This document shows, piece by piece, positions 13,241 to 25,305 of a stretch of 64,000 nt of DNA. The position numbers and the translations under genes were made by a program. The DNA is taken from the NCBI RefSeq assembly GCF_018977255.1, contig NW_024704743.1, forward strand, positions 99,698,001 through 99,762,000, in the 5' to 3' direction. Below the pieces are notes generated by a model that saw nothing but the letters and a program-made list of their open reading frames with translations, ran no database searches and was not told the DNA's origin. Source of the DNA: Callorhinchus milii. Taxonomy: Eukaryota. Within the stretch, counting starts at the first letter, position 1. The number at the start of each line of letters is the position of its first letter.

Positions 13241-14094
13241 AGAAGTAAGATGGGTAAGATCACCTGATTATCCACCTGAAAAAATAGATAAAACCTTGGT
13301 TCAACATCGCATCCAAAGAACAGCAGCTTTGATAATACAGCACTCCCCAAAACAGCACTGGAGTGTCAGTCTGGATTGCAGCTCATAATCCCAGAAGTGG
13401 AGTTTGAACCCCAAACCTTCTGAGTTAGAGGGTAAACAGGAAGTGTATCAGGGTACTGTAAGAAACACTGCATCGTAGATCTCATTCTGATGCAATTGTA
13501 CATTCTTTCCCTGCTGCCCCCATCTCATTCACATGCTGAGTTTTCAGTTCTGTGGGACTGAAAAACAAAAGCAAATAAATCCCAAGGTACCAATACTGCA
13601 GCCGATTCAAAAGAACAGTGATCTATCAGTGGGTGAGCATCAATCAAACAACTGACAGCCCAGACTGGAAGTGTCTTCACTTCAATCTCGCTACTATTTT
13701 ATTGTGATGAGAAAGATTGGAACCTCTATTTGATTCATGTAGCATGTGAGCGTAATACTGTCACTTTAACTCGCAAATATTCAGTAAGAAAGAAAAGGCT
13801 CAGGCCTGTAAAAAACTTGAAGATTTACATTATCTAAACTGGTAATAAATTCTACTTTTATTGCAATAAAATCTTAGGGACTGAATTATTTATTTACAGC
13901 CATTGTTCATGTAACATTATCAAGCAAGAAAGTATGCATTTTCACAAGTGACTGGCATATCGCTCAATCGCGTTATGATACATCTATAAAAAATATTGAT
14001 AAATGAATGAATTTGTTACAAGTTAAATAATACAAGCACAAAATTGTGTTCTACAGTTGTTTAGTTATTCTGTTCAAAGTGCTGATGTACTCAA

Positions 14095-15125
14095 CATTAT
14101 CTCTCTGCCACTATCCTTGATTTCAGAGGTGCTGTTGTTCTGACTGACTACCTGCCTGGCTGACATCAACTCCTGGATGAGCCATAATCTTTTGCATCTG
14201 AACGTCAACAAGATTGAAACCATCTAGTTTCATTCCAGCTAGCACTGACTTAGGCATTCTTCTGCTTGACGCTGAGCTGAGTTTCATTTGTTCCATCACC
14301 AAGACTTCATTTTTCCACCTCTGGAATATTGTCCACTCATGACCTTACCTCAAAGCCACTGCTACCCTTATCAATGATTGTACACCTGAAGGTGAGGCTT
14401 TACAATGCTTTCCTCACTGGCCTCTTTAGCTCAACTCTCCAAAGGCTTCTGCTGATCCTGAACTTCGTAGCTTTCATTCTGCCCTTCACAATTCTTGCAT
14501 TTTGATACGGCGCCTTGTCATGTTGTTGAGACATCTCAAAGATTCACACACCCACTAACTCCATTCTTTCAATGGTTCTCAGTATTTCAGTACTTCAATA
14601 TCTTTGCCATGGTCTTCAAATCTCCACGGTGTTGCCCACCTGATCGATACAATCTTGTGCTCCCCATCCCCCAATGAATTCAAGATCCTTATTTTCACCT
14701 TCAATCTCTCCACAGACTCACTCCACCACACCTTTGGTGTGGGGCAAAATCATGGAGGGATTGCAGGTGAGAATGAGGAGGTCAATAGGTCTCCTTAAAC
14801 CTTATTGACCTGGCTGTTCCCTTGTTTAGTGAACACTAGCCTGCTTCATGTCTTCTGCCCTCTCTGTCCCACAATTAGAGGGAAAGCTTTCAGCCATTCT
14901 TCCCCTGCTCACTGGAACTCTATCCCAGTGTCCCTCTAACTGTCTTTCTCCCTCTCATGACTCAAGGCATGTCTCTGGAGTGGATGTATCTCTTTGAATA
15001 TGTTTTTGGTCATGTTTTTCCTCTTCCCCCCCCACCTTGGCTCCCACCCTCAATTCAGGTGCCCAGCCAGCAGTGCCAGCATTTTGAGATGTCCTACCAA
15101 CATGAAAGGTGCGATCTAAATGTAA
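14095..15125 (+). mobile_element. Highly decayed L2 fragments
   Basis: CLADINSWMSHNLLHLNVNKIE (CLSDI.SWM..NFLQLN..KTE motif), GAATTCAAGATCCTT, and an L2-type tail near 15080-15125. Confidence 0.55.
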
Positions 15126-16505
15126 ATTATATATTGTGCCCTTTCCTCTTTAATATCCCTTTTCTCCACCAAAGATGGTCAAGCTTGCAGCCATTGTGCC
15201 CCAAGCCTCACAAATTCATTTTCAAAACAATTTTCCAAGTTTTGCTACCTCTCCTTGCCTCAAGCCAACACCTTAAAATATCATATATTCCTATCCAGTG
15301 TTATAGTAATAAGGTGCTACTAGGATTATGGGATGGTTAGATGGAATGCCATGGAAGAAGCTAGGAGATAAATAAATTTAGCATTAAAGAGCCTCACATT
15401 GAATTTTCTTGGGTCAGCTGAGTGTCTGACCCATCCCCACAATCAGCGTATCCATTACCAGAATGAAAGTTCTACATATGTATCCCAAGTACACATAGGA
15501 ATTACCTTCTCTGTGTCGGAAATGAAATATGCCATCTCTCCTAGGATAAAAGGATTTTGCTTAAATCCAGAGAGAATTAGGCGCAGCTTGACAAGACCTA
15601 AGGCTTGGGAACCCCAAAAGGCTGTGTTGGGGTACAGCTGGAGTTCAACCACAGTTTGCTATTGAAAACACTATTTGGCAAGCTTCCTACTGCTTCTCTC
15701 TCTAGGACAATCTTGTCCCGAAATCGCTGACTATCACAAGTGTGGCTACAGTGATACCATTATAGCCACATACACTAATTTTAGTAGAAAATGCCTTACC
15801 TGCACTCACACAATATAGGTAAATGTAGTCACAAGTATATTAAGCTACCCTATGTGAAGGGCGCTATATAAATGCAAGTTGTTGTTGTTTACATGTATAT
15901 TTACTTAACAAACATCTACTTAATGAGTTTCAGAGAAGCCAAACAGCTCTTTTTTATTTAAACAAATTATGTGTCAAAGGTTCTTGAGTTGCATACTTCT
16001 ATTTCATGCTTGTCTTAGCATATTATAATTTGGGGGGGGAATAGAACCAGCAATTTTCTCCACAAGGAAGAGACTGTGCTTTCTTCATTTGACTCAGCAC
16101 TCAGTTAATAGGTACCAAGTAGGACATGTTGCAAATTGCTGCCTCATTATCCCAAAGTATAGCAGTACAGCCAAAAAGTTTGTCAAAAAATCTGTAACAA
16201 AATAGTCTGGCTGTTATTTTTTGTTCCTTTTTTTTATTCAGCCATTTATTCGAGGAAAAAAATATATATGAATGATTGCTATACATAAAATAATCACATT
16301 ACTACAGTGTATAGCAGAAAATTGTACTGGCAAAAAAAATGAGTGTAACATATCAATTTAAATTGATTCAGCACTCCCTTAAGGGGACATTTGCCCTTAT
16401 TGTACATACAGTCAATTACTTGGCTCTTACCAAACTCAGGCTTTTATCGTGATACAATATTTTAATACCAACACAAAATACTGCAAATGCTGGAAATCTG
16501 AAACA

Positions 16506-17527
16506 AAATAACAACAACAAGATTTCATTTATAGAGCGCCTTTCACGTCGGGAGGACGTCCCAAGGTGCTGGATAGTTGGATCAGGACCCGAGCAGGGGG
16601 GAAATGGTGGGAGTGATGTGGTCACGAAGCCTGGTGCGGGACAGTACACGAGCTGCAGAGTTCTGAATGACCTGCAGCTTGTGGAGGGAGGTGCCGGGAA
16701 GGCCGGCGAGGAGAGAGTTCCCATAGTCCAGCCTTGAGGTGATGAAGGCGTGGACCAGAGTTTCAGCAGCGTGAGGGGTGAGGTAGTGCCGTAGTCTGGT
16801 GATGTTTCGGAGGTGATGGATGGCAGTGCCAGTTGTGGTGCGGATATGAGGGAGAAAGGACAGCTCAGGGTCGAACAGAACGCCGAGGTTCCTGTTTGGC
16901 TTTGAGAGGTGGAGAGTGCAGCCTTGGATGCTGATGCTGTCAGCGCCTGAGGTGCGGAGGCGCTGACGCGAGCCAATCAGGAGGGCCTCAGTTTTTCGCA
17001 CGTTGAGCTGAAGAAAGTTGTCTCTCATCCAGGACTCGATGTCGGACAGGCAGGCTGTCAGGACATCAGTGGTCGTGGAGTTGAGGGTAGAGGAGGAAAG
17101 GTAGAGTTGGGTGTCATCCGCATACATGTGGAAGTTAACCCCATGTCTGCGGATGATGTCACCAAGGGGGAGCATGTAGAGGGTGAAGAGGAGGGGACCG
17201 AGGACAGAGCCCTGAGGAACACCACATGAGACAGTGCGGGGGCTGGAGGAAAAGCCGTTTGTGGAAACAAAATGAAGATGGTGGGAGAGGTACGACCTAA
17301 ACCACTCAAGGACAGGGCCTTGAAGGTTGAGGTGGGAGCACAAGTGGTGGAGGAGGATAACGTGGTCGACCGTATTGAATGCAGCCGATAGGTCGAGGAG
17401 GATGAGGAGGCAGAGGGAGCCCTGATCGCAAATGGTCAAGATGTCATTGGTGACCTTGACCAGGGAGGTTTCTGTGCTATGGGCAGCACCGAAACCCGAC
17501 TGAAGGGGTTCGAATAATGCCTGGATG
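16506..17527 (-). mobile_element. Young 5'-truncated L2 (RT core) with an internal 3' deletion
   Basis: ORF 16582-17439: [43 protein letters not shown]; tail (TTG)n; near-identical to 34253-35151 where they overlap. Confidence 0.92.
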
Positions 17528-17581
17528 GAGAGATCTGGGAAAATTCAGCAGGTCAGGCAGCATCTATGGAGAAATGAAAGT

Positions 17582-17620
17582 GAGTCAATGTTTTGGGTCC
17601 CTGACCCTTCATCAGAACTG
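17582..17620 (-). ncRNA. Hammerhead ribozyme motif, decayed, in Penelope-like element
   Basis: cagtt-CTGATGA-a-gggtc-agg-gaccc-AAAA-cattgact; perfect stem II; GAAA box reads AAAA, consistent with CpG decay. Confidence 0.5.
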
Positions 17621-18908
17621 GGGCATGTTGGGAGGGAGAGGTTTTTAAAGACAAGTTGAGAGGGGGAGGCAGGACAAGGAAGACAAAGATGACAAAAAAG
17701 AAGACAAAGGAGAGAATGTGTTAGTTGATGGGTAAAGAAGTGATAGTGGCATAAAACAAAAGGGGGGCGGGGGGATGGGTTGAAACAAAACTGGGGAGAA
17801 GAGGTGTTAATAGTGCAGAACAGACAACACACCAGAGAGAGACAAAGAGTGTGTGGGGTGATGATTGTAATGATGACAGAAGATAACTCTTCTGGTAACA
17901 GAAAGTGGGGGTGGGGGAGTGTGGGGCTGAAGGTGAGCTGTTATGGTCTGAAGTGGCTGAAATCGATATTGAGGCCAGAGGGCTGTAGGGTCCCTAGCAA
18001 ATAGATAAGATGTTCCTCAAGCTTTCACTGTGGATCATTAGAACAGCGTAGGAGACCTATGTAGGAGATCTTATCTATCTGATAGGTACTTTGCCCTTAC
18101 CATTTGGAAACTCCCTTTCTCTACCCCTTTGCCTCTTTCCCCCCCATCTATCTTTAAATTTGCCTAATAACCTACACCATCGATGTGAAGCACTCCAAGA
18201 TATGATCCTCATGAAGGATGCTGCACAATGCAAACCATTTTTATTGAACATGTGACTGTCCTTTGTTAAATATGATTGCTTATTTTAGATATCTATTTTG
18301 TGTCAACAAACACATCAATACAATTAATGCAACTTCACATCACCTGACCCACAACACTTAAATGTTGAAATACATCCAAAATAATTGATGCTTTGCTGAT
18401 CCAATGCCTGCATCAATATTAATAAACTCTGCCCAACTGCTAATAACACAATGTTAAGAGCTAAATAATGTCAAATAAAATTCACAAGCACCATAAAATA
18501 GTAAAGGCGGATCAAATTGGCTGCCCGATCAAGGTAGGTTATTTCAATCAAGGAAAAAAAGTGAATCTGTTATTTAACAATATTCACACTTCCAATTAAA
18601 CAAAAATTATAACCCAATCACTCGACCTTTAAATATCTTATAAAATGTCAGCTTCATTTTTTTTCAGTTGACTAATATGTTCTGATTGGTGGTTTATTTT
18701 AGAACAATCAAATCGCTATCCTCCAATTCCTAATTATGGAAATGTGGCTTCTCTGGCAATATCAGGGAATTAAAGCAGGTCGATATCACACAACAAATTA
18801 ATTCAAAAATTCTGCATAATTCAATATTTTTATTTAGTGGGATAGTGAACGGTTCATTCAGAAGTTTTCAAGTCACGAGATTAATGAGATCAATGGTGGG
18901 AGAATAAT

Positions 18909-19130
18909 ACGCAAAATACTGCAGATGCTGCAATCTGAAACAAAAACAGAGAGAGCTGGTAAAACTCAGCGGGTAAGGCAGCATCTATGGAGAGAGGAAA
19001 GTGAAAGTGTTCTGACAAAGGGTCGTGAGTCAGCGTTTTGAGTCCACGACTCTTTGTCAGAACACTTTCACTTTCCTTGCTCCATAGATGCTGCCTGACC
19101 TGCTGAGTTTTCCCAGCTCTCTCTGCTTTT
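18909..19130. mobile_element. Palindromic (inverted pseudo-LTR) Penelope-like mini-insertion with a 13 bp TSD
   Basis: Arms 18947-19027 and 19045-19125 are reverse complements with few mismatches; GTGGGAGAATAAT at 18896-18908 and 19131-19143; homologous to 4122-4256. Confidence 0.8.
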
Positions 19131-20291
19131 GTGGGAGAATAATGGTGGTTTAAAACAAATGCTAATCCTAGATATGTAGCAGGATCAAAATGAAGGTATC
19201 CAAACTCTTAGTGGCTGCTACACAAAAGTTTGATGTCGATCATATTACCGCACATTGCAACTGATTTGAAAAATAATTAAATACATAATTTGGGAATACA
19301 AATATTAAAGAGAAAGAGCAGAGAAGAAGAAGTAGAGGAGGTAGTTCCAGTAGCAAAGGTAAGTAAGGCACTGGATTAAGCCCTGGCTTGTCTTATTATT
19401 GCTGACAGCTCAAAAAGAAGAAAGAAAATTGGAGCATGAGTTGAAATTGTACAGAACCTAAACCTAAAAATGTACCGAAATTGTTAATCGATGAGCAAAT
19501 CTCAATAATAATAATAATAACAATAATAATAATCCTTGCATTTGATGTAGCACCTTATCACATTATTGAGATGTCTCAAAGTACTTCACAGGATATACTA
19601 TACAGTGGAATGACTATTTTGTGGGCGAAACGCGGAAGCGATGTCCCATAAACAGCCATAGAGTGAGTGATCAATTTTATTTGGTTGATTTGTTGGCCAG
19701 GGGGATTATGACTTTCTGTAAGACCAAGAGTTAATATTTTTATGGTAACACCTGTCGAAGTATGGAAGAATGCTGAACTCAACTCATAATCCAACGTGAA
19801 TTGAATTGAGTCACTTTAAGTTATTTGCAAAGACTCAGATTTCATCTTGTTTGGGGCCACTTTAGTTTTTTGTGCTTATTATTTGACATGAAAAATATGA
19901 CAGCACTGAAGAAAATGTGCCTCTGTGCAAGAGCATTGTCCATGCCCTGGCATTTCCAATGCTTCATCATTTGTATGCAGACAGAGAAAACATTCCTGTA
20001 ACAAATGCTTACCTAGTACCTCAACTATACCTTCCTCATCAATATGCACATATTTGCATCCAAAAGCTCTGGGATAGAATTAGCTTGTTTATTAAATAAC
20101 AGGTCAGAAAAAAACTAATTTGATGTGCATGAGGAGAATATAATCTGATTCCTCTCAATCCTCTCCATTGTCTCAATCTGTCAATCCCAGTTCCTGTGAA
20201 TCTCGCGATTCCAGGCAACCCTGTACCTTACATTTGATTGTTCATCAACCAACCATGATTTGGGGTCTGTATTGTCAATAATCTCTTTCAA

Positions 20292-20357
20292 TTCTTCTTC
20301 TTCTTCTTCTTCTTCTTCTTCTTCTTCTTCTTCTTCTTCTTCTTCTTCTTTTTCTTC
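20292..20357. repeat. (TTC)n/(GAA)n microsatellite
   Basis: About 20 TTC units, nearly uninterrupted. Confidence 0.95.
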
Positions 20358-21639
20358 CGAAGACACTGAGCGCTAGCGGTTCCAGGAACTCCTCAAATCT
20401 TCCCAAAGCGACCATTCTTCATATAGGCATGTAGAGAATAAGTGTTACGAGATTATTCAATGGAGTGTATATTGTAATTACTTTTAATCCTGTGGACACC
20501 AAATGGAGGTTATTTCGCCCATAAAATACGCAGTCAATTCACTTTACAGTGTATTCCATGAAGCACTTTGAGACGTGATAAGGCGCTATATCGAATACAA
20601 GGATTATTATTATTATTTATATTATTATGTTATGTAGATCACAACAAGTTCCCATTATAAAGACATAGACAAAGAATGTTTCTTTTAGGGAGCAGCATTA
20701 AAAAATCCAAACATCAAAACATGCAGACTTTCTACTTAAAATCTCTGCCAAGTTAATAGTAGTCTGTTCCAATTTTTCCTCTCCCAAGGAAAAATGCTCA
20801 GCTCCTCAAGGGGTCCAAGCATAATTCAACTCCCAAAGAGCTGGAGCTTGAGTCAAATCATAAATTGTTAGCGTTTGAAAAATGGATTTAATGTTTTACC
20901 TCCTGTTAGCGGAAGGTGCTTTAGATGGGGCCCTGGATCACATGACATTCTGTCCACCAAAATGGTTCATCCTGATACAAACAAACCTCAGGATTGTAAC
21001 TGGTTGTTTCTTGTGGTTGGCAGTCTCGTACCTAAAAATTAACACCACTGGTCCAGTTGTTCATTTATTTTCACAAAAGGCTTAAGATCCTTGTATGAAC
21101 TTGGTATTGCTGGTGTTGCCCAACAGCATGCAGAATGAATTAAACCACCTGACACCGATGACTAACATCGAGCTGAATGCTCAATCACTTTAAAGAACAC
21201 CATTGTGCATCTGGGGAAATTGTATAAAGCTGAAAAATTGATTCATTTCCAGAATGGCGTCACAGATGTGACTATCACATGTTCAAAATCATTTGTATTC
21301 TAAGGTTGAATGCAATGAATCATCAGCACTAGTGTGATGCTGGATTGTGTGAACCATTTCATCAGAGTTAATCCAACCAAGGAACCCCTCCACAGGACCA
21401 AGAGCTCAATTTACCTGGCCCTGACCCCGACATAGGGCATTGTGAGAGGCACAGGGCCAAGGCGCTGCCATCAACACTGGCAAAGGCATATTGTCACTGT
21501 ACATTGACTCAAATGTCACCTCCCCCAGCTCAGGGTCATGCCTCGCCACTGTCGAGGGCTTATGGAATGCTATGTAAATTGCTATATAAGTTGCTGTTGT
21601 TGTGTTGTTCCCCAGGAAGGTCACAAGGAGTACCTGGCA

Positions 21640-22210
21640 CCGAGTGAGGGCTCAAAACCGTACTTGTTGGATGTCAAATGATCAACTGGTGACTTTGCGG
21701 GAGGTCGATGGGGTCTCCTTGGAGCTGAACTGGTTCCAAGGTGACATGTTTGGCAACAGAGTGTCAGAATCAAGCCAACTCTCTGTGGTAGTCCAGTAGT
21801 CCAGTTCATGAGCTAGGCAGGTCTGCAGTACTAAAGTACACTGCAGATGACAGTCCAGCCAGGCTGACTCATCAGCGGAACTTGAAAGAGCAATTTAGTT
21901 ACTGGGGGCAAGGACTCTTCTCACTCAGCTTCCGTAAACCACTGCAAGCCAAAGCCCTATGGATAAGGCAGACCTGGCTGGACAAGCAGCGGGAAAGCTT
22001 GCGACACTGTGACAATGGATTTCAATGGCAATTTATGTAGTTTTGTCTCGTTAAACTTCAGGAGTGGCCCAACGCACACTCCGGGATCCCGAAGCCTTGG
22101 CTCTTGCGAATCTGTGCCTATTATTCTCTGGAATTAGGTAAAGCTAATTGGAATGGAGTGTGAATTCCATTCCAATAAATATCTCTGTAATTTCCATGTT
22201 GCAGGTCAAG
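21640..22210 (+). repeat. Unclassified interspersed repeat (longest copy)
   Basis: Aligns by eye to 57220-57530(+), 8010-8310(+), 50013-50240(+), 15400-15720(-) and 46490-46950(-), e.g. GGTCTCCTTGGAG.TGAACTG...GTGACATGTTTGGCAA shared with ~57235. Confidence 0.65.
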
Positions 22211-22366
22211 ATTAGATCTGAGTGTCCACTCATGCATGCAATGTGCAGGAAGCTGAGCGTTTGGGCTTAGGCTTGGCTACCAGTTTACTCTCCTTAAATT
22301 TGTGAATATGTACAGTGCAGCACAAGCGGCAAATGGGCTTCAATTGGAGGGCCCGCTTTTGTGATT

Positions 22367-23455
22367 GTCTGTGTGTGTGTGTGAAAGAGAGTGTGTATGA
22401 TTCTCTGTGTGTATGTCTCTTTATGTGTGTTTGTGAGTGTGTGCCTCTCTCTCTCTCCCTCTGTTTGTGAGTGTCTGTGTGAGTATGTCTGTGTCTCCCT
22501 CTCCTCTGTGTGTTTGTGGATGTTCCTGTGTGTCTCTCTATATCCGCGCCACAACTGGCACCGCCTTCCACCACCTCCGGAACATCGGCAGACTACAGCA
22601 CTACCTCACCCCTCACGCTGCTGAAACTCTGGTCCACGCCTTTATCACCTCAAGGCTGGACTATGGGAACTCTCTCCTCGCCGGCATTCTCGGCACCTCC
22701 CTCCACAAGCTGCAGGTCATTCAGAACTCTGCAGCTCGTGTACTGTCCCGCACCAGGCTTCGGGACCACATCACTCCCACCCTCGCTCACCTCCACTGGC
22801 TCCCCATCCCCCAGAGGATCGAATTCAAGATCCTCATCCTCACCTACAAGGCCATTCATGGCCTTGCTTCCTCCTACCTCTCCAACCTACTATCCCCCTA
22901 CTTACCTGCCCGTACCCTCCGTTCCTCTGGCTCCGGTCTGCTCCACATCCCCCGCCCCAACCGCCCTACCATCGGTGGTCGGGCCTTCAGCCTCTCAGCC
23001 CCGAGGCTCTGGAACTCCATCCCCCAGTGCCTTCGCCGCCTCCTCCCTTTCCTTCTTCAAGGCCGGTCTCAAGACCTTTCTCTTCAACTGTGCCTTCACC
23101 TCCCCTCTCGACTCTCTACCCCCTCCTCGCTCCCTCCCTTCCCTCCCCTCACCCTGACCATTTCCCCCCTGCTCGGGTCTCGACCCAACTGTACAGCGCC
23201 TTGGGACGTCCTCCCGACGTGAAAGGCGCTCTATAAATGCAATCTTGTTGTTGTTGTATATGTTTGTGAGTGTCTGTGTGAGTGTGCGTCTCTCTCTGAG
23301 AATGTGTGTCTCTCTCTGTGTCTGTGAGTGTGTGTCTGTGAGTGGGTGTGTCTCTCTTGGTGTCTGTGTATGTGTGTCTCTCTCTGTCTCTGAGTGTGCG
23401 CGTGTCTCTGTGTCTCTGAGTGTGTGTGTGTGTCTCTATCTCTGGGTCTGTGTGC
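22367..23455. repeat. (TG)/(TC) compound low-complexity tract split by an L2 insertion
   Basis: TG/TC repeats at 22367-22539 and 23257-23455. Confidence 0.85.
22540..23256 (+). mobile_element. Young 5'-truncated L2 3' end
   Basis: ORF 22437-23222 [21 protein letters not shown]...LHWLPIPQRIEFKILILTYKA...GGRAFS; tail GGGACGTCCTCCCGACGTGAAAGGCGCTCTATAAATGCAATC(TTG)n. Confidence 0.92.
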
Positions 23456-23891
23456 GGTGCTGGACTCTGAGATCTCCTGTAGCCTCGCTGGTGCCCCCCT
23501 CCCCCCAAAAAGAGCCACCCAGTTTTTGTTAAAGAAGCATTAATTTTTTTTTGCAACATTCTAATATGTGGTATTTCCTCATGTTTAGTTTTTATCAATT
23601 AAGTGAAAAAATGTAGGATGACAGTAAAATGTACCTCAATAACATCAATCAACTCCCTGCCATTTTCTACAAAAAATTCCCTGTAATTTCTCGGAGAATC
23701 GTCAAATCCCCACAACTTTGGGCAAATATTTCCCCACTTTTCTATTGGCCCAGGATATGAATGGCCAGCTCAGTGATCATTCAACTGATCAGTTTCCTGA
23801 GCCTACAACTTTCTCAAAAAGGGTGTGGTCTTTTTGTTGTTAAAGTGACCCTGTTTGTTCACTCAGATAAGTTGTAAGGTAGAATGTACAG

Positions 23892-24510
23892 AACAGAGAT
23901 ATTGAATTGATCTTTTCAAAGGAACATACTGTCTATCTCACTGTCTATTTCAGCTTTCAATGATTCAATACATTATGTGTTTCAGTTGATAAAGAAAGGA
24001 GTAATTTGCAAGAGGAACAATGTCACTTTTGATGACAGTCAACAGTATACATATTGTGGAGGTATCACTTTCAATGGCTTAAATCTTAAACCTTTAATTT
24101 AACTGCATGGCTATGCATAGCAGACAGCAGTGCGCAAAAGTAGTTAAAGTAAAGATCCAATGTGGAGAAAAAGAAAAGGTAGCATTTTGGTTTGGAGGAG
24201 CAATCTTCTTGTGGCAATGAAGATTCACTCAAGAAATTAGATATAAGAAGTCACTGGATCAAACCACTGTTTGTATTCTGTCCTGAGGGAATGTGGGGAG
24301 CTGTAACTGCATGACGTTTACTAGAGACATGTTAGCACTTGTACAATGCAGTGTTTACATGGCTTTGACACTAGCAGCATATTGGGATGAAACTTACAGC
24401 TGGAGGAGTAAGATCCTAATCATATTTAGCTTCAGGAGAGAGCATTTGTATTCCAAAACTAAACATTCAGGGCAAACACAGTACATGCTTCTTGAGACAA
24501 ATTTAAATAG
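23892..24510 (+). repeat. Local direct duplication, copy 1 (copy 2 at 26981-27676)
   Basis: Shared blocks AACAGAGATATTGA, TGCAAGAGGAACAATGTCACTTTTGATGA, GAGGGAATGTGGGGAGCTGTAACTGCATGAC and AACATTCAGGGCAAACACAG in the same order. Confidence 0.85.
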
Positions 24511-24689
24511 ATACATCAGCCTCACCAGGCCAGAGTCAAGACTAGTATTGCAATTATGTCACCCCATTTATTGTGGCACATCAGAATGCAGCTAGAAATA
24601 ATAATATATATTCCTCACGTGCCTAATCAGGTCGTTGAAACGTGTCAAAGTGCTTCACAGAATATACAATTAAGTGAATTAACTATATT

Positions 24690-25274
24690 CTTCTCTATTC
24701 TTCTCCACCACCTCTCCTCTCATCTCCACCTCAATGGTTCTCTTCTTGCCTGGTTCCAATCCTATCTTTCCCATCATCTGTACTTCATGGCTATCTTCTC
24801 TAGCCCCCGCACTGTCACTTGTTGCATCCCTCAGGGCTCTATCCTCGGTCCCCTCCTCTTCAATCTATATATGCTCCCTCTCAGTGATATCATTCATAGA
24901 CATGGAGTCAATTTCCACATGTATGCGGATGACACCCAACTCTATCTTGTCGCCTCCACTCTTGACTCCAGGACCACTGATGTCTTGGCTAATTGTCTGT
25001 CTGACATCAAGTCCTGGATGAGAGCCAACTTCCTCCAGCTCAATGTTGGCAAGATAGAGCTCACATCACGTCACCTTCTCAGCCGCTGACACTATCACCA
25101 TTTATGGCTGCACTCTTCACCTCACCAAGCCAATCCGAAACCTCGGTGTCCTTTTCAACCCCCAGTTATCCTTCAAACCCCACATTTGTGCCATGACTGT
25201 TTCCACCTTTCCACATCTCCACATCATTGCCCGCCTCTGCCACTGCCTCTCACTGCAGACTGCCGAGATCCTGA

Positions 25275-25305
<31 letters not shown>

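Larger units (their letters stand above)
16470..18059 (-). mobile_element. Penelope-like element 3' part (GIY-YIG C-terminus plus pseudo-LTR), copy 2, split by an L2 insertion
   Basis: Minus strand 18059-17941 translates GLLRCSNDPQ*KLEEHLIYLLGTLQPSGLNIDFSHFRP*, matching the PLE GIY-YIG C-terminal motif (E..LI..LGTL.P.GLN); terminal sequence at 16470-16505 resumes at ~17528. Confidence 0.8.

Noticed and set aside
20181..20366. Poly-Glu ORF
   Set aside because: Translation of the (GAA)n microsatellite; no convincing splice acceptor or recognisable protein.
22230..23598. His/Thr/Arg-rich and Cys/Val-rich ORFs (also 28785-29058)
   Set aside because: Translations of TG/TC low-complexity DNA.
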